Shown here: positions 49,701-60,700 of the stretch, in pieces
Position numbering within the stretch: the first letter of the stretch is position 1
How the letters are laid out: every line of letters begins with the position of its first letter
Assembly (NCBI GenBank): GCA_964016885.1
Contig: OZ024743.1
Location: forward strand, 141,360,001-141,424,000
DNA length: 64,000 nucleotides
Source: Eledone cirrhosa
Lineage: Eukaryota
Reading direction: 5' to 3'
Program-made: the position numbers and the translations under genes
The notes under the pieces: model-generated
Seen by the model: only the letters and a program-made list of their open reading frames with translations
The model's database searches: none
What the model was told of the DNA's origin: nothing

Positions 49701-51510
49701 GCGTTTGGTGCTTGGTGCTTGGTGTTTGGTGCTTCGTGCTTGGTGTTTGGTGTTTGGTGCTTGGTGGCTGGTGCTTGTTGTATGGTGCTTGGTGCTTGGT
49801 GATTAGTGTTTGGTGCTTGGTGCTTGGTGTTTGGTGCTTGGTGTTTGGTGCTTGGTGCCTGGTGCTTGGTGTTTGGTGTTTGATGCTTGGTGTTTGGTGT
49901 TTGGTGTTTGGTACTTGGTGTTCGGTGTTTGGTGTTTGGTGCTTGGTGCTTGGTGTTTGATGTTTGGTCCTTGGTGCTTGGTGTTTGGTGTTGTGTGCTT
50001 GGTGCTTGGTGGTTGGTGTTTGGTGCTTGGTGCTTGGTGCTTGGTGTTTGGTGCTTGGTGTTTGATGCTGCGTCCTTGGTGTTTGGTGTTTGGTGCTTGG
50101 TGCTTGGTGTTTGGTGTTTGGAGCTTGGTGCCTGGTGCTTGTTGTTTGGTGTTTGGCGCTTGGTGCTTGGTGTTTGGTGTTTGGTGCTTGGTGCTTGGTG
50201 CTTGGTATCTGGTGTTTGGTGCTTGATGTTTGGTGTTTGGTGCTTGGTGTTTGGTGTTTGGTGCTTGGTGCTTGGTGTTTGGTGCTTGGTGTTTGGTGTT
50301 TGGTGTTTGATGCTTGGTGTTTGGTCCTTGGTGCTTGGTGCTTGGTGTTTTGTGTTTGGTGTTTGATGCTGCGTGCTTGGTGTTTGGTGTTTGGTGCTTG
50401 GTGCTTGGTGTTTGGTGTTTGGAGCTTGGTGCCTGGTGCTTGTTGTTTGGTGTTTGGTGCTTGGTGCTTGGTGTTTGGTGTTTGGTGCTTGGTGCTTGGT
50501 GCTTGGTATCTGGTGTTAGGTGCTTGATGTTTGGTGTTTGGTGCTTGGTGTTTGGTGTTTGGTGCATGGTGCTTGGTGTTTGGTGCTTGGTGTTTGGTGT
50601 TTGGTGTTTGATGCCTGGTGTTTGCTGCTGGCTGCTTGCTGCTTGGTGTTTGGTGCTAGGGGCTTGGTGCTTGGTGCTTGGTGTTTGGTGCTTGGTGCTT
50701 GGTGCCTGGTGCTTGGTGCTTGGTGCTTGTTGTTTGGTGCTTGGTGCTTGGTGATTAGTGTTTGGTGCTTGGTGCTTGCGGTTTGGTGTTTGGTGCTTGG
50801 GGTTTGGTGTTTGGTGCTTGGTGCTTGGTGTTTGGTGCTTGGTGCTTGGTGCTTGGTGTTTGGTGCTTGGTGCTTGGTGTTTGGTGCTTGGTGCTTGGTG
50901 TTTGGTGTTTGATGCTTGGTGTTTGCTGCTGGCTGCTTGCTGCTTGGTGTTTGGTGCTAGGGGCTTGGTGCTTGGTGCTTGGTGTTTGGTGCTTGGTGCT
51001 TGGTGCCTGGTGCTTGGTGCTTGGTGCTTGTTGTTTGGTGCTTGGTGCTTGGTGATTAGTGTTTGGTGCTTGGTGCTTGCGGTTTGGTGTTTGGTGCTTG
51101 GGGTTTGGTGTTTGGTGCTTGGTGCTTGCTGTTTGGTGCTTGGTGCTTGGTGCTTGGTGTTTGGTGCTTGGTGCTTGGTGTTTGGTGCTTGGTGCTTGGT
51201 GTTTGGTGTTTGGCGTTTGCTGTTTGCTGTTTGGTGTTTGGTGTTTGCTGTTTGGTGCTTGGTGCTTGGTGTTTGGTGTTTGGTGTTTGGTACTTGGTGC
51301 TTGGTGTTTGGTGCTTGGTGCTTGGTGCTGGGTGTTTGGTGCTTGGTGCTTGGTGTTTGGTGCTTGGTGCTTGGTGCTTGGTGTTTGGTCCTTGGTGCTT
51401 GGTGCTTGGTCTTTGGTGCTTGTGTTTTGGTGTTTGGTGCTTGGTGCTTGGTGTTTGGTGCTTGGTTCTTGGTGCTTGGTGCTTGGTGTTTGTTGATTGC
51501 TGCTTGGTGC
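46700..51510 (+). repeat. Higher-order repeat, period ~2.74-2.77 kb, each copy containing a 301-bp tandem duplication
   Basis: 46733/49505 = 2772; 47570/50314, 48014/50758 and 48315/51059 = 2744. Internal pairs 48014/48315 and 50758/51059 = 301 (43x7), marked by GCTGCTGGCTGC. Confidence 0.88.
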
Positions 51511-54500
51511 CTGGTGTTTCGTGCTTGGTGCTTGGTGTTTGGTGTTTGGTGCTTGGTGTTTGGTGTTTGGTACTTGGTGCTTGGTGCTTGGTGCTTGGTG
51601 TTTGGTGCTTGGTGTTTGATGCTGCGTGCTTGGTGTTTGGTGTTTGGTGCTTGCTGCTTGGTGTTTGGTGTTTGGAGCTTGGTGCCTGCTGCTTGTTGTT
51701 TGGTGTTTGGTGCTTGGTGCTTGGTGCTTGGTGTTTGGTGTTTGGTGCTTGGTGCTTGGTGTTTGGTGCTTGGTGTTTGGTGTTTTGTGTTTGGTGCTTG
51801 GTGCTTGGTGCCTGGTGCTTGTTGCTTGGTGCTTGTTGATTGGTGCTTGGTGCTTGGTGATTAGTGTTTGGTGCTTGGTGCGTGCGGTTTGATGTTTGGT
51901 GCTTGGGGTTTGGTGTTTGGTGCTTGGTGCTTGGTGTTTGGTGCTTGGTGCTTGGTGCTTGGTGCTTGGTGCTTGGTGTTTGGTGCTTGGTGTTTGGTGC
52001 TTGGTGCTTGGTGCTTGGTGCTTGGTGTTAGGTGTTTGGTGCTTGGTGCTTGGTGTTTGATGTTTGGTCCTTGGTGCTTGGTGTTTGGTGTTTGTTGCTT
52101 GGTGCTTGGTGTTTGGTGTTTGGTGCTTGCTGCTTGCTGCTTGGTGTTTGGTGCTTGGTGATTGGTGCTTGGTGTTTTGTGCTTGCTGTTTGGTGTTTGG
52201 TGCTTGGTGCGTGGGACTTAGTGTTTGGTATTTGGTGCTTGGTGTTTGGTGCTTGGTGTTTGGTGCTTGGTGTTTGGGGCTTGGTGTTCGGTGCTTGGTG
52301 CTTGGTGCTTGGGGCTTGGTGTTTGGTGTTTGGTGCTTGGTGCTTGGTGTTTGATGTTGGGTCCTTGGTGCTTGGTGTTTGGTGTTTGGTGCTTGGTGTT
52401 TGGTGTTTGGTGCTTGGTGCTTGGTGTTTGGTGTTTGGTGCTTGGTGCATGGGGCTTGGTGTTTGGTGCTTGGTGCTTGGTGTTTGGTGCTTCTGCTTGG
52501 GGCTTGGTAGTTGGTGCTTGGTGCCTGGTGTTTGGTGTTTGGTGTTTGGTGCTTGGTGTATGGTGCTTGGTGCTTGGTGCTGGGTGGTTGGTGTTTGGTG
52601 CTTGGTGCTTGGTGTTTGGTGCTTGGTGCTTGGTGCTTGTTGTTTGGTGCTTGGTGCTTGGTGCTTGGTCTTTGGTGCATGGTGTTTGGTGTTTGGCGCT
52701 TGGTGCTTGGTGCTTCGTGATTGGTGCTTGGGGTTTGGTGGTTGGTGCTTGGTGCTTGGTGTTTGGTGTTTGGTGTTTGGTGTTTGGTGTTTGCTGTTTG
52801 GTGTCTGCTTTTTGGTGTTTGGTGTTTGCTGTATGGTGTTTGCTGTTTCGTATTTGGTTTTTGCTGTTTGGTGTTTGGTGTTTGCTGTTTGGTGTTTGGT
52901 GTTTGGTGTTTGGTGCTTGGTGCTTGGTGCTTGGTGTTTGGCGTTTGGTGCTTGGTGCTTGGTGTTTGGTGCTTGGTGCTTGGTGTTTGGTGTTTGGTGC
53001 TTGGTGCCTGGTGCTTGTTGTATGGTGTTTGGTGCTTGGTGCTTGGTGTTTGGTGTTTGCTGCTTGGTGTCTGGTGTTTGGTGCTTGGTGTTTGGTGTTT
53101 GGTGCTTGGTGCTTGGTTTTTGGTGTTTGGTGCTTGGTGCTTGGTGTTTGGTGTTTGGTGCTGGGTGCATGGAGTTTGGTGCTTGGTGCTTAGTGCTTGG
53201 TGTTTGGTGTTTGGTGCTTGGTATTTGGTGTTTGGTGTTTGATGCTTGGTGTGTGGTGCTTGGTGCTTGGTGTTTTGTGTTTGGTGCTTGGTGCTTGGTG
53301 ACTGGTGCTGGGTGCTTGGTGCCTGTTGTTTGGTGCTTGGTGCTTGGTGATTAGTGTTTGGTGCTTGGTGCTTGGTGTTTGGTGCTTGGTGTTTGGTGCT
53401 TGGTGCCTGGTGCTTGGTGTTTGGTGTTTGATGCTTGGTGTTTGGTGTTTGGTGTTTGGTACTTGGTGTTCGGTGCTTGGTGCTTGGTGCTTGGTGCTTG
53501 GTGTTTGGTGTTTGGTGCTTGGTGCTTGGTGTTTGATGTTTGGTCCTTGGTGCTTGGTGTTTGGTGTTGTGTGCTTGGCGCTTGGTGGTTGGTGTTTGGT
53601 GCTTGGTGCTTGGTGCTTGGTGTTTGGCGTTTCCTGTTTGCTGTTTGGTGTTAGGTGTTTGCTGTTTGGTGTTTGCTGTTTGGTGTTTGGTGTTTGGTGC
53701 TTGCTGTTTGGTGCTTGGTGCTTGGTGTATGGTGTTTGATGCTTGGTGTTTGGTGCTTGGTGCTTGGTGCTGGGTGTTTGGTGCTTGGTGCTTGGTGCTT
53801 GGTGATTGGTGCTTGGTGTTTGGTCCTTGGTGCTTGGTGCATGGTCTTTGGTGCTTGGGTTTTGATGTTTGGTGCTTGGTGCTTGGTGTTTGGCGCTTGG
53901 TGCTTGGTGCTTGGTGCTTGGTGTTTGGTGCTTGCTGCTTGGTGCTTGGTGTTTGGTGCTTGGTGCTTGGTGAGTAGTGTTTGGTGATTGGTGCTTGGGG
54001 TTTTGTGTTTGGGGCTTGGTGTTTGGTGCTTAGTGCTTGCTGTTTGGTGTTTGGTGTTTGGTTCTTGGTGCTTGGTGTTTGGTGTTTGGTGTTTGGTGCT
54101 TGGTGCTTGGTGCTTGGTGTTTGGTGCTTGGTGCTTGGTGCTTGGTGTTTGGTGCTGCGTGCTTGGTGTTTGGTGTTTGGTGCTTGGTGCCTGGTGCTTG
54201 TTGTTTGGTACTTGGTGCTTGGTGCTTGGTGCTTGGTGTTTGGTGCTTGGTGTTTGATGCTGCCTGCTTGGTGTTTGGTGTTTGGTGCTTGGTGCTTGGT
54301 GGCTGGTGTTTGGTGCTTGGTGTTTGGAGTTTGGTGCTTGGTGCTTGGTGCCTGGTGTTTCGTGCTTGGTGCTTGGTGCTTGGTGTTTGGTGTTTGGTGC
54401 TTGGTGTTTGGTGTTTGGTACTTGGTGCTTGGTGCTTGGTGCTTGGTGTTTGGTGCTTGGTGTTTGATGCTGCCTGCTTGGTGTTTGGTGTTTGGCGCTT

Positions 54501-57500
54501 GGTGCTTGGTGTTTGGTGTTTGGTGCTTGGTGCTTGGTGCTTGGTATCTGGTGTTTGGTGCTTGATGTTTGGTGTTTGGTGCTTGGTGTTTTGTGTTTGG
54601 TGATTGGTGCTTGGTGCCTGGTGCTTGGTGCTTGGTGCTTGTTGTTTGGTGCTTGGTGCTTGGTGATTAGTGTTTGGTGCTTGGTGCTTGCGGTTTGGTG
54701 TTTGGTGCTTGGGGTTTGGTGCTTGGTGCTTGGTGCTTGGTGTTTGGTGCTTGGTGCTTGGTGTTTGGTGCTTGGTGCTTGGTGTTTGGTGTTTGGCGTT
54801 TGCTGTTTGCTGTTTGCTGTTTGGTGCTTGCTGTTTGGTGCTTGGTGCTTGGTGTTCGGTGTTTGGTGTTTTGTGCTTGGTGCTTGGTGTTTGGTGCTTG
54901 GTGCTTGGTGCTGTGTGTTTGGTGCTTGGTGCTTGGTGTTTGGTGCTTGGTGCTTGGTGCTTGGTGTTTGCTCCTTGGTGCTTGGTGCTTGGTCTTTGGT
55001 GCTTGGGTTTTGGTGTTTGGTGCATGGTGCTTGGTGTTTGGTGCTTGGTTCTTGGTGCTTGGTGCTTGGTGTTTGGTGATTGCTGCTTGGTGCTTGGTGT
55101 TTGGTGCTTGGTGCTTGGTGATTAGTGTTTGGTGATTGGTGCTTGGGGTTTGCTGTTTGGTGCTTGGTGTTTGGTGCTTGGTGCTTGCTGTTTGGTGTTT
55201 GGTGTTTGGTTCTTGGTGCTTGGTGTTTGGTGTTTGGTGTCTGGTGCTTGGTGCTTGGTGCTTGGTGTTTGGTGCTTGGTGCTTGGTGCTTGGTGTTTGG
55301 TGCTGCGTGCTTGGTGTTTGGTGCTTGGTGCTTGGTGATTAGTGTTTGGTGCTTTGTGTTTGGTGCTTGGTGTTTGGTGCTTGGTGCTTGGTGCTTAGTG
55401 CTTGGTGTTAGGTGTTTGGTGCTTGGTGATTGGTGTTTGATGTTAGGTTCTTGGTGCTTGGTGTTTGGTGTTTGGTGCTTGGTGCTTGGTGTTTGGTGTT
55501 TGGTGCTTGGTGCTTGGTGCTTGGTGCTTGGTGTTAGGTGTTTGGTGCTTGGTGCTTGGTGTTTGGTGCTTGGTGCTTTGTGTTTGGTGCTTGGTGTTTG
55601 GTGCTTGGTGCTTGGTGCTTGGTGCTTGGTGTTAGGTGTTTGGTGTTTGGTGATTGGTGTTTGATGTTAGGTTCTTGGTGCTTGGTGTTTGGTGTTTGGT
55701 GCTTGGTGCTTGGTGTTTGGTGTTTGGTGCTTGGTGCTTGGTGCTTGGTGCTTGGTGTTTGGTGTTTGGTGTTTGATGCTTGGTGTTTGCTGCTTGGTGC
55801 TTGGTGCTTGGTGTTTTGTGTTTGGTGTTTGATGCTGCGTGCTTGGTGTTTGGTGTTTGGTGCTTGGTGCTTGGTGTTTGGTGTTTGGAGCTTGGTGCCT
55901 GGTGCTTGTTGTTTGGTGTTTGGCGCTTGGTGCTTGGTGTTTGGTGTTTGGTGCTTGGTGCTTGGTGCTTGGTATCTGGTGTTAGGTGCTTGATGTTTGG
56001 TGTTTGGTGCTTAGTGTTTGGTGTTTGGTGCATGGTGCTTGGTGTTTGGTGCTTGGTGTTTGGTGTTTGGTGTTTGATGCTTGGTGTTTGCTGCTGGCTG
56101 CTTGCTGCTTGGTGTTTGGTGCTAGGGGCTTGGTGCTTGGTGCTTGGTGTTTGGTGCTTGGTGCTTGGTGCCTGGTGCTTGGTGCTTGGTGCTTGTTGTT
56201 TGGTGCTTGGTGCTTGGTGATTAGTGTTTGGTGCTTGGTGCTTGAGGTTTGGTGTTTGGTGCTTGGGGTTTGGTGTTTGGTGCTTGGTGCTTGGTGTTTG
56301 GTGCTTGGTGCTTGGTGCTTGGTGTTTGGTGCTTGGTGCTTGGTGTTTGGTGCTTGGTGCTTGGTGTTTGGTGTTTGGCGTTTGCTGTTTGCTGTTTTGT
56401 GCTTGGTGCTTGGGGTTTGGTGTTTGGTGCTTGGTGCTTGGTGTTTGGTGCTTGGTGCTTGGTGCTGGGTGTTTGGTGCTTGGTGCTTGGTGTTTGGTGC
56501 TTGGTGCTTGGTGCTTGGTGTTTGGTCCTTGGTGCTTGGTGCTTGGTCTTTGGTGCTTGGGGTTTGGTGTTTGGAGCTTGGTGCTTGGTGTTTGGTGCTT
56601 GGTTCTTGGTGCTTGGTGCTTGGTGTTTGGTGATTGCTGCTTGGTGCTTGGTGTTTGGTGCTTGGTGCTTGGTGACTAGTGTTTGGTTATTGGGGCTTGG
56701 GGTTTGCTGTTTGGTGCTTGGTGTTTGGTGCTTGGTGCTTGCTGTTTGGTGTTTGTTGTTTGGTTCTTGGTGCTTGGTGTTTGGTGTTTGGTGTTTGGTG
56801 CTTGGTGCTTGGTGTTTGGTGCTTGGTGCTTGGTGCTTGGTGTTTGGTGCGGCATGCTTGGTGTTTGGTGTTTGGTGCTTGGTGCCTGGTGCTTGTTGTT
56901 TGGTGCTTAGTGCTTGGTGTTTGGTGTTTGGTGCTTGGTGCTTGGTGGCTGGTGCTTGGTGCTTGGTGTTTGGAGTTTGGTGCTTGGTGCTTGGTGCCTG
57001 GTGTTTCGTGCTTGGTGCTTGGTGCTTGGTGTTTGGTGTTTGGTGCTTGGTGTTTGGTGTTTGGTACTTGGTGCTTGGTGCTTGGTGCTTGGTGTTTGGT
57101 GCTTGTTGTTTGATGCTGCGTGCTTGGTGTTTGGTGTTTGGTGCTTGGTGCTTGGTGTTTGGTGTTTGGAGCTTGGTGCCTGCTTTTTGTTGTTTGGTGT
57201 TTGGTGCTTGGTGCTTGGTGCTTGGTATCTGGTGTTTGGTGCTTGATGTCTGGTGTTTGGTGCTTGGTGCTTGGTGCTTGGTGTTTGGTGTTTGGTGCTT
57301 GGTGCTTGGTGTTTGGTGCTTGGTGTTTTGTGTTTGGTGCTTGGTGCTTGGTGCCTGGTGCTTGGTGCTTGGTGCTTGTTGTTTGGTGCTTGGTGCTTGG
57401 TGATTAGTGTTTGGTGCTTGGTGCTTGCGGTTTGATGTTTGGTGCTTGGGGTTTGGTGTTTGGTGCTTGGTGCTTGGTGTTTGGTGCTTGGTGCTTGGTG

Positions 57501-57789
57501 CTTGGTGCTTGGTGCTTGGTGTTTGGTGCTTGGTGCTTGGTGTTTGGTGCTTGGTGTTTGGTGCTTGGTGCTTGGTGCTTGGTGTTAGGTGTTTGGTGCT
57601 TGGTGCTTGGTGTTTGATGTTTGGTCCTTGGTGCTTGGTGTTTGGTGTTTGTTGCTTGGTGCTTGGTGTTTGGTGTTTGGTGCTTGCTGCTTGCTGCTTG
57701 GTGTTTGGTGCTTGGTGATTGGTGCTTGGTGTTTTGTGCTTGGTGCTTGGTGTTTGGTGTTTGGTGCTAGGGGCTTGGTGCTTGGTGCT

Positions 57790-60700
57790 TGGTGTTTGGT
57801 GCTTGGTGCTTGGTGTTTGGTGCTTGGTGCTTGGTGTCTGGTGCTTGGTGCTTGGTGTTTGGTGCTTGGTGTTTGGTGTTTGGTGCTTGGTGCTTGGTGC
57901 TTGGTGTTAGGTGTTTGGTGCTTGGTGCTTGGTGTTTGATGTTTGGTCCTTGGTGCATGGTGTTTGGTGTTTGTTGCTTGGTGCTTGGTGTTTGGTGTTT
58001 GGTGCTTGCTGCTTGCTGCTTGGTGTTTGGTGCTTGGTGATTGGTGCTTGGTGTTTTGTGCTTGGTGCTTGGTGTTTGGTGTTTGGTGCTAGGGGCTTGG
58101 TGCTTGGTGCTTGGTGTTTGGTGCTTGGTGCTTGCTGTTTGGTGCTTGGTGTTTGGTGCTTGGTGTTTGGGGCTTGGTGTTCGGTGCTTGGTGCTTGGTG
58201 CTTGGGGCTTGGTGTTTGGTGTTTGGTGCTTGGTGCTTGGTGTTTGATGTTGGGTCCTTGGTGCTTGGTGTTTGGTGTTTGGTGTTTGGTGTTTGGTGTT
58301 TGGTGCTTGGTGCTTGGTGTTTGGTGTTTGGTGCTTGGTGCTTGGGGCTTGGTGTTTGGTGCTTGGTGCTTGGTGTTTGGTGCTTCTGCTTGGGGCTTGG
58401 TAGTTGGTGCTTGGTGCTTGGTGCCTGGTGTTTGGTGTTTCGTGTTTGGTGCTTGGTGTATGGTGCTTGGTGCTTGGTGCTGGGTGGTTGGTGTTTGGTG
58501 CTTGGTGCTTGGTGTTTGGTGCTTGGTGCTTGGTGCTTGTTGTTTGGTGCTTGGTGCTTGGTGCTTCGTGATTGGTGCTTGGTGCTTGGTGTTTGGTGCT
58601 TGGTGCTTGGTGATTAGTGTTTGTTGCTTGGTGCTTGGTGTTTGATGTTTGGTCCTTGGTGCTTGGTGTTTGGTGTTTGTTGCTTGGTGCTTGGTGTTTG
58701 GTGTTTGGTGCTTGCTGCTTGCTGCTTGGTGTTTGGTGCTTGGTGATTGGTGCTTGGTGTTTTGTGCTTGGTGCTTGGTGTTTGGTGTTTGGTGCTAGGG
58801 GCTTGGTGCTTGGTGCTTGGTGTTTGGTGCTTGGTGCTTGCTGTTTGGTGCTTGGTGTTTGGTGCTTGGTGTTTGGGGCTTGGTGTTCGGTGCTTGGTGC
58901 TTGGTGCTTGGGGCTTGGTGTTTGGTGTTTGGTGCTTGGTGCTTGGTGTTTGATGTTGGGTCCTTGGTGCTTGGTGTTTGGTGTTTGGTGTTTGGTGTTT
59001 GGTGTTTGGTGCTTGGTGCTTGGTGTTTGGTGTTTGGTGCTTGGTGCTTGGGGCTTGGTGTTTGGTGCTTGGTGCTTGGTGTTTGGTGCTTCTGCTTGGG
59101 GCTTGGTAGTTGGTGCTTGGTGCTTGGTGCCTGGTGTTTGGTGTTTCGTGTTTGGTGCTTGGTGTATGGGGCTTGGTGCTTGGTGCTGGGTGGTTGGTGT
59201 TTGGTGCTTGGTGCTTGGTGTTTGGTGCTTGGTGCTTGGTGCTTGTTGTTTGGTGCTTGGTGCTTGGTGCTTCGTGATTGGTGCTTGGTGCTTGGTGTTT
59301 GGTGCTTGGTGCTTGGTGATTAGTGTTTGTTGCTTGGTGCTTGGGGTTTGGTGGTTGGTGCTTGGTGCTTGGTGTTTGGTGTTTGGTGTTTGGTGTTTGG
59401 TGTTTGCTGTATGGTGTTTGCTGTTTCGTATTTGGTTTTTGCTGTTTGGTGTTTGGTGTTTGCTGTTTGGTGTTTGGTGTTTGGTGTTTGGTGCTTGGTG
59501 CTTGGTGCTTGGTGTTTGGCGTTTGGTGCTTGGTGCTTGGTGTTTGGTGCTTCGTGCTTGGTGTTTGGTGTTTGGTGCTTGGTGGCTGGTGCTTGTTGTA
59601 TGGTGCTTGGTGCTTGGTGATTAGTGTTTGGTGCTTGGTGCTTGGTGTTTGGTGCTTGGTGTTTGGTGCTTGGTGCCTGGTGCTTGGTGTTTGGTGTTTG
59701 ATGCTTGGTGTTTGGTGTTTGGTGTTTGGTACTTGGTGTTCGGTGCTTGGTGCTTGGTGCTTGGTGCTTGGTGTTTGGTGTTTGGTGCTTGGTGCTTGGT
59801 GTTTGATGTTTGGTCCTTGGTGCTTGGTGTTTGGTGTTGTGTGCTTGGTGCTTGGTGGTTGGTGTTTGGTGCTTGGTGCTTGGTGCTTGGTGTTTGGTGC
59901 TTGGTGTTTGATGGTGCGTCCTTGGTGTTTGGTGTTTGGTGCTTGGTGCCTGGTGCTTGTTGTTTGGTGTTTGGCGCTTGGTGCTTGGTGTTTGGTGTTT
60001 GGTGCTTGGTGCTTGGTGCTTGGTATCTGGTGTTTGGTGCTTGATGTTTGGTGTTTGGTGCTTGGTGTTTGGTGTTTGGTGCTTGGTGCTTGGTGTTTGG
60101 TGCTTGGTGTTTGGTGTTTGGTGTTTGATGCTTGGTGTTTGCTGCTTGGTGCTTGGTGCTTGGTGTTTTGTGTTTGGTGTTTGATGCTGCGTGCTTGGTG
60201 TTTGGTGTTTGGTGCTTGGTGCTTGGTGTTTGGTGTTTGGAGCTTGGTGCCTGGTGCTTGTTGTTTGGTGTTTGGCGCTTGGTGCTTGGTGTTTGGTGTT
60301 TGGTGCTTGGTGCTTGGTGCTTGGTATCTGGTGTTAGGTGCTTGATGTTTGGTGTTTGGTGCTTGGTGTTTGGTGTTTGGTGCATGGTGCTTGGTGTTTG
60401 GTGCTTGGTGTTTGGTGTTTGGTGTTTGATGCTTGGTGTTTGCTGCTGGCTGCTTGCAGCTTGGTGTTTGGTGCTAGGGGCTTGGTGCTTGGTGCTTGGT
60501 GTTTGGTGCTTGGTGCTTGGTGCCTGGTGCTTGGTGCTTGGTGCTTGTTGTTTGGTGCTTGGTGCTTGGTGATTAGTGTTTGGTGCTTGGTGCTTGCGGT
60601 TTGGTGTTTGGTGCTTGGGGTTTGGTGTTTGGTGCTTGGTGCTTGGTGTTTGGTGCTTGGTGCTTGGTGCTTGGTGTTTGGTGCTTGGTGCTTGGTGTTT

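Noticed and set aside
50755-52680. 641-aa minus-strand ORF and similar ones resembling mucin-like or CTD-like heptad proteins
   Set aside because: There is no unique N- or C-terminal domain, signal peptide or promoter context. The length is expected from a stop-free consensus, and the heptad does not match the RNA polymerase II YSPTSPS repeat.
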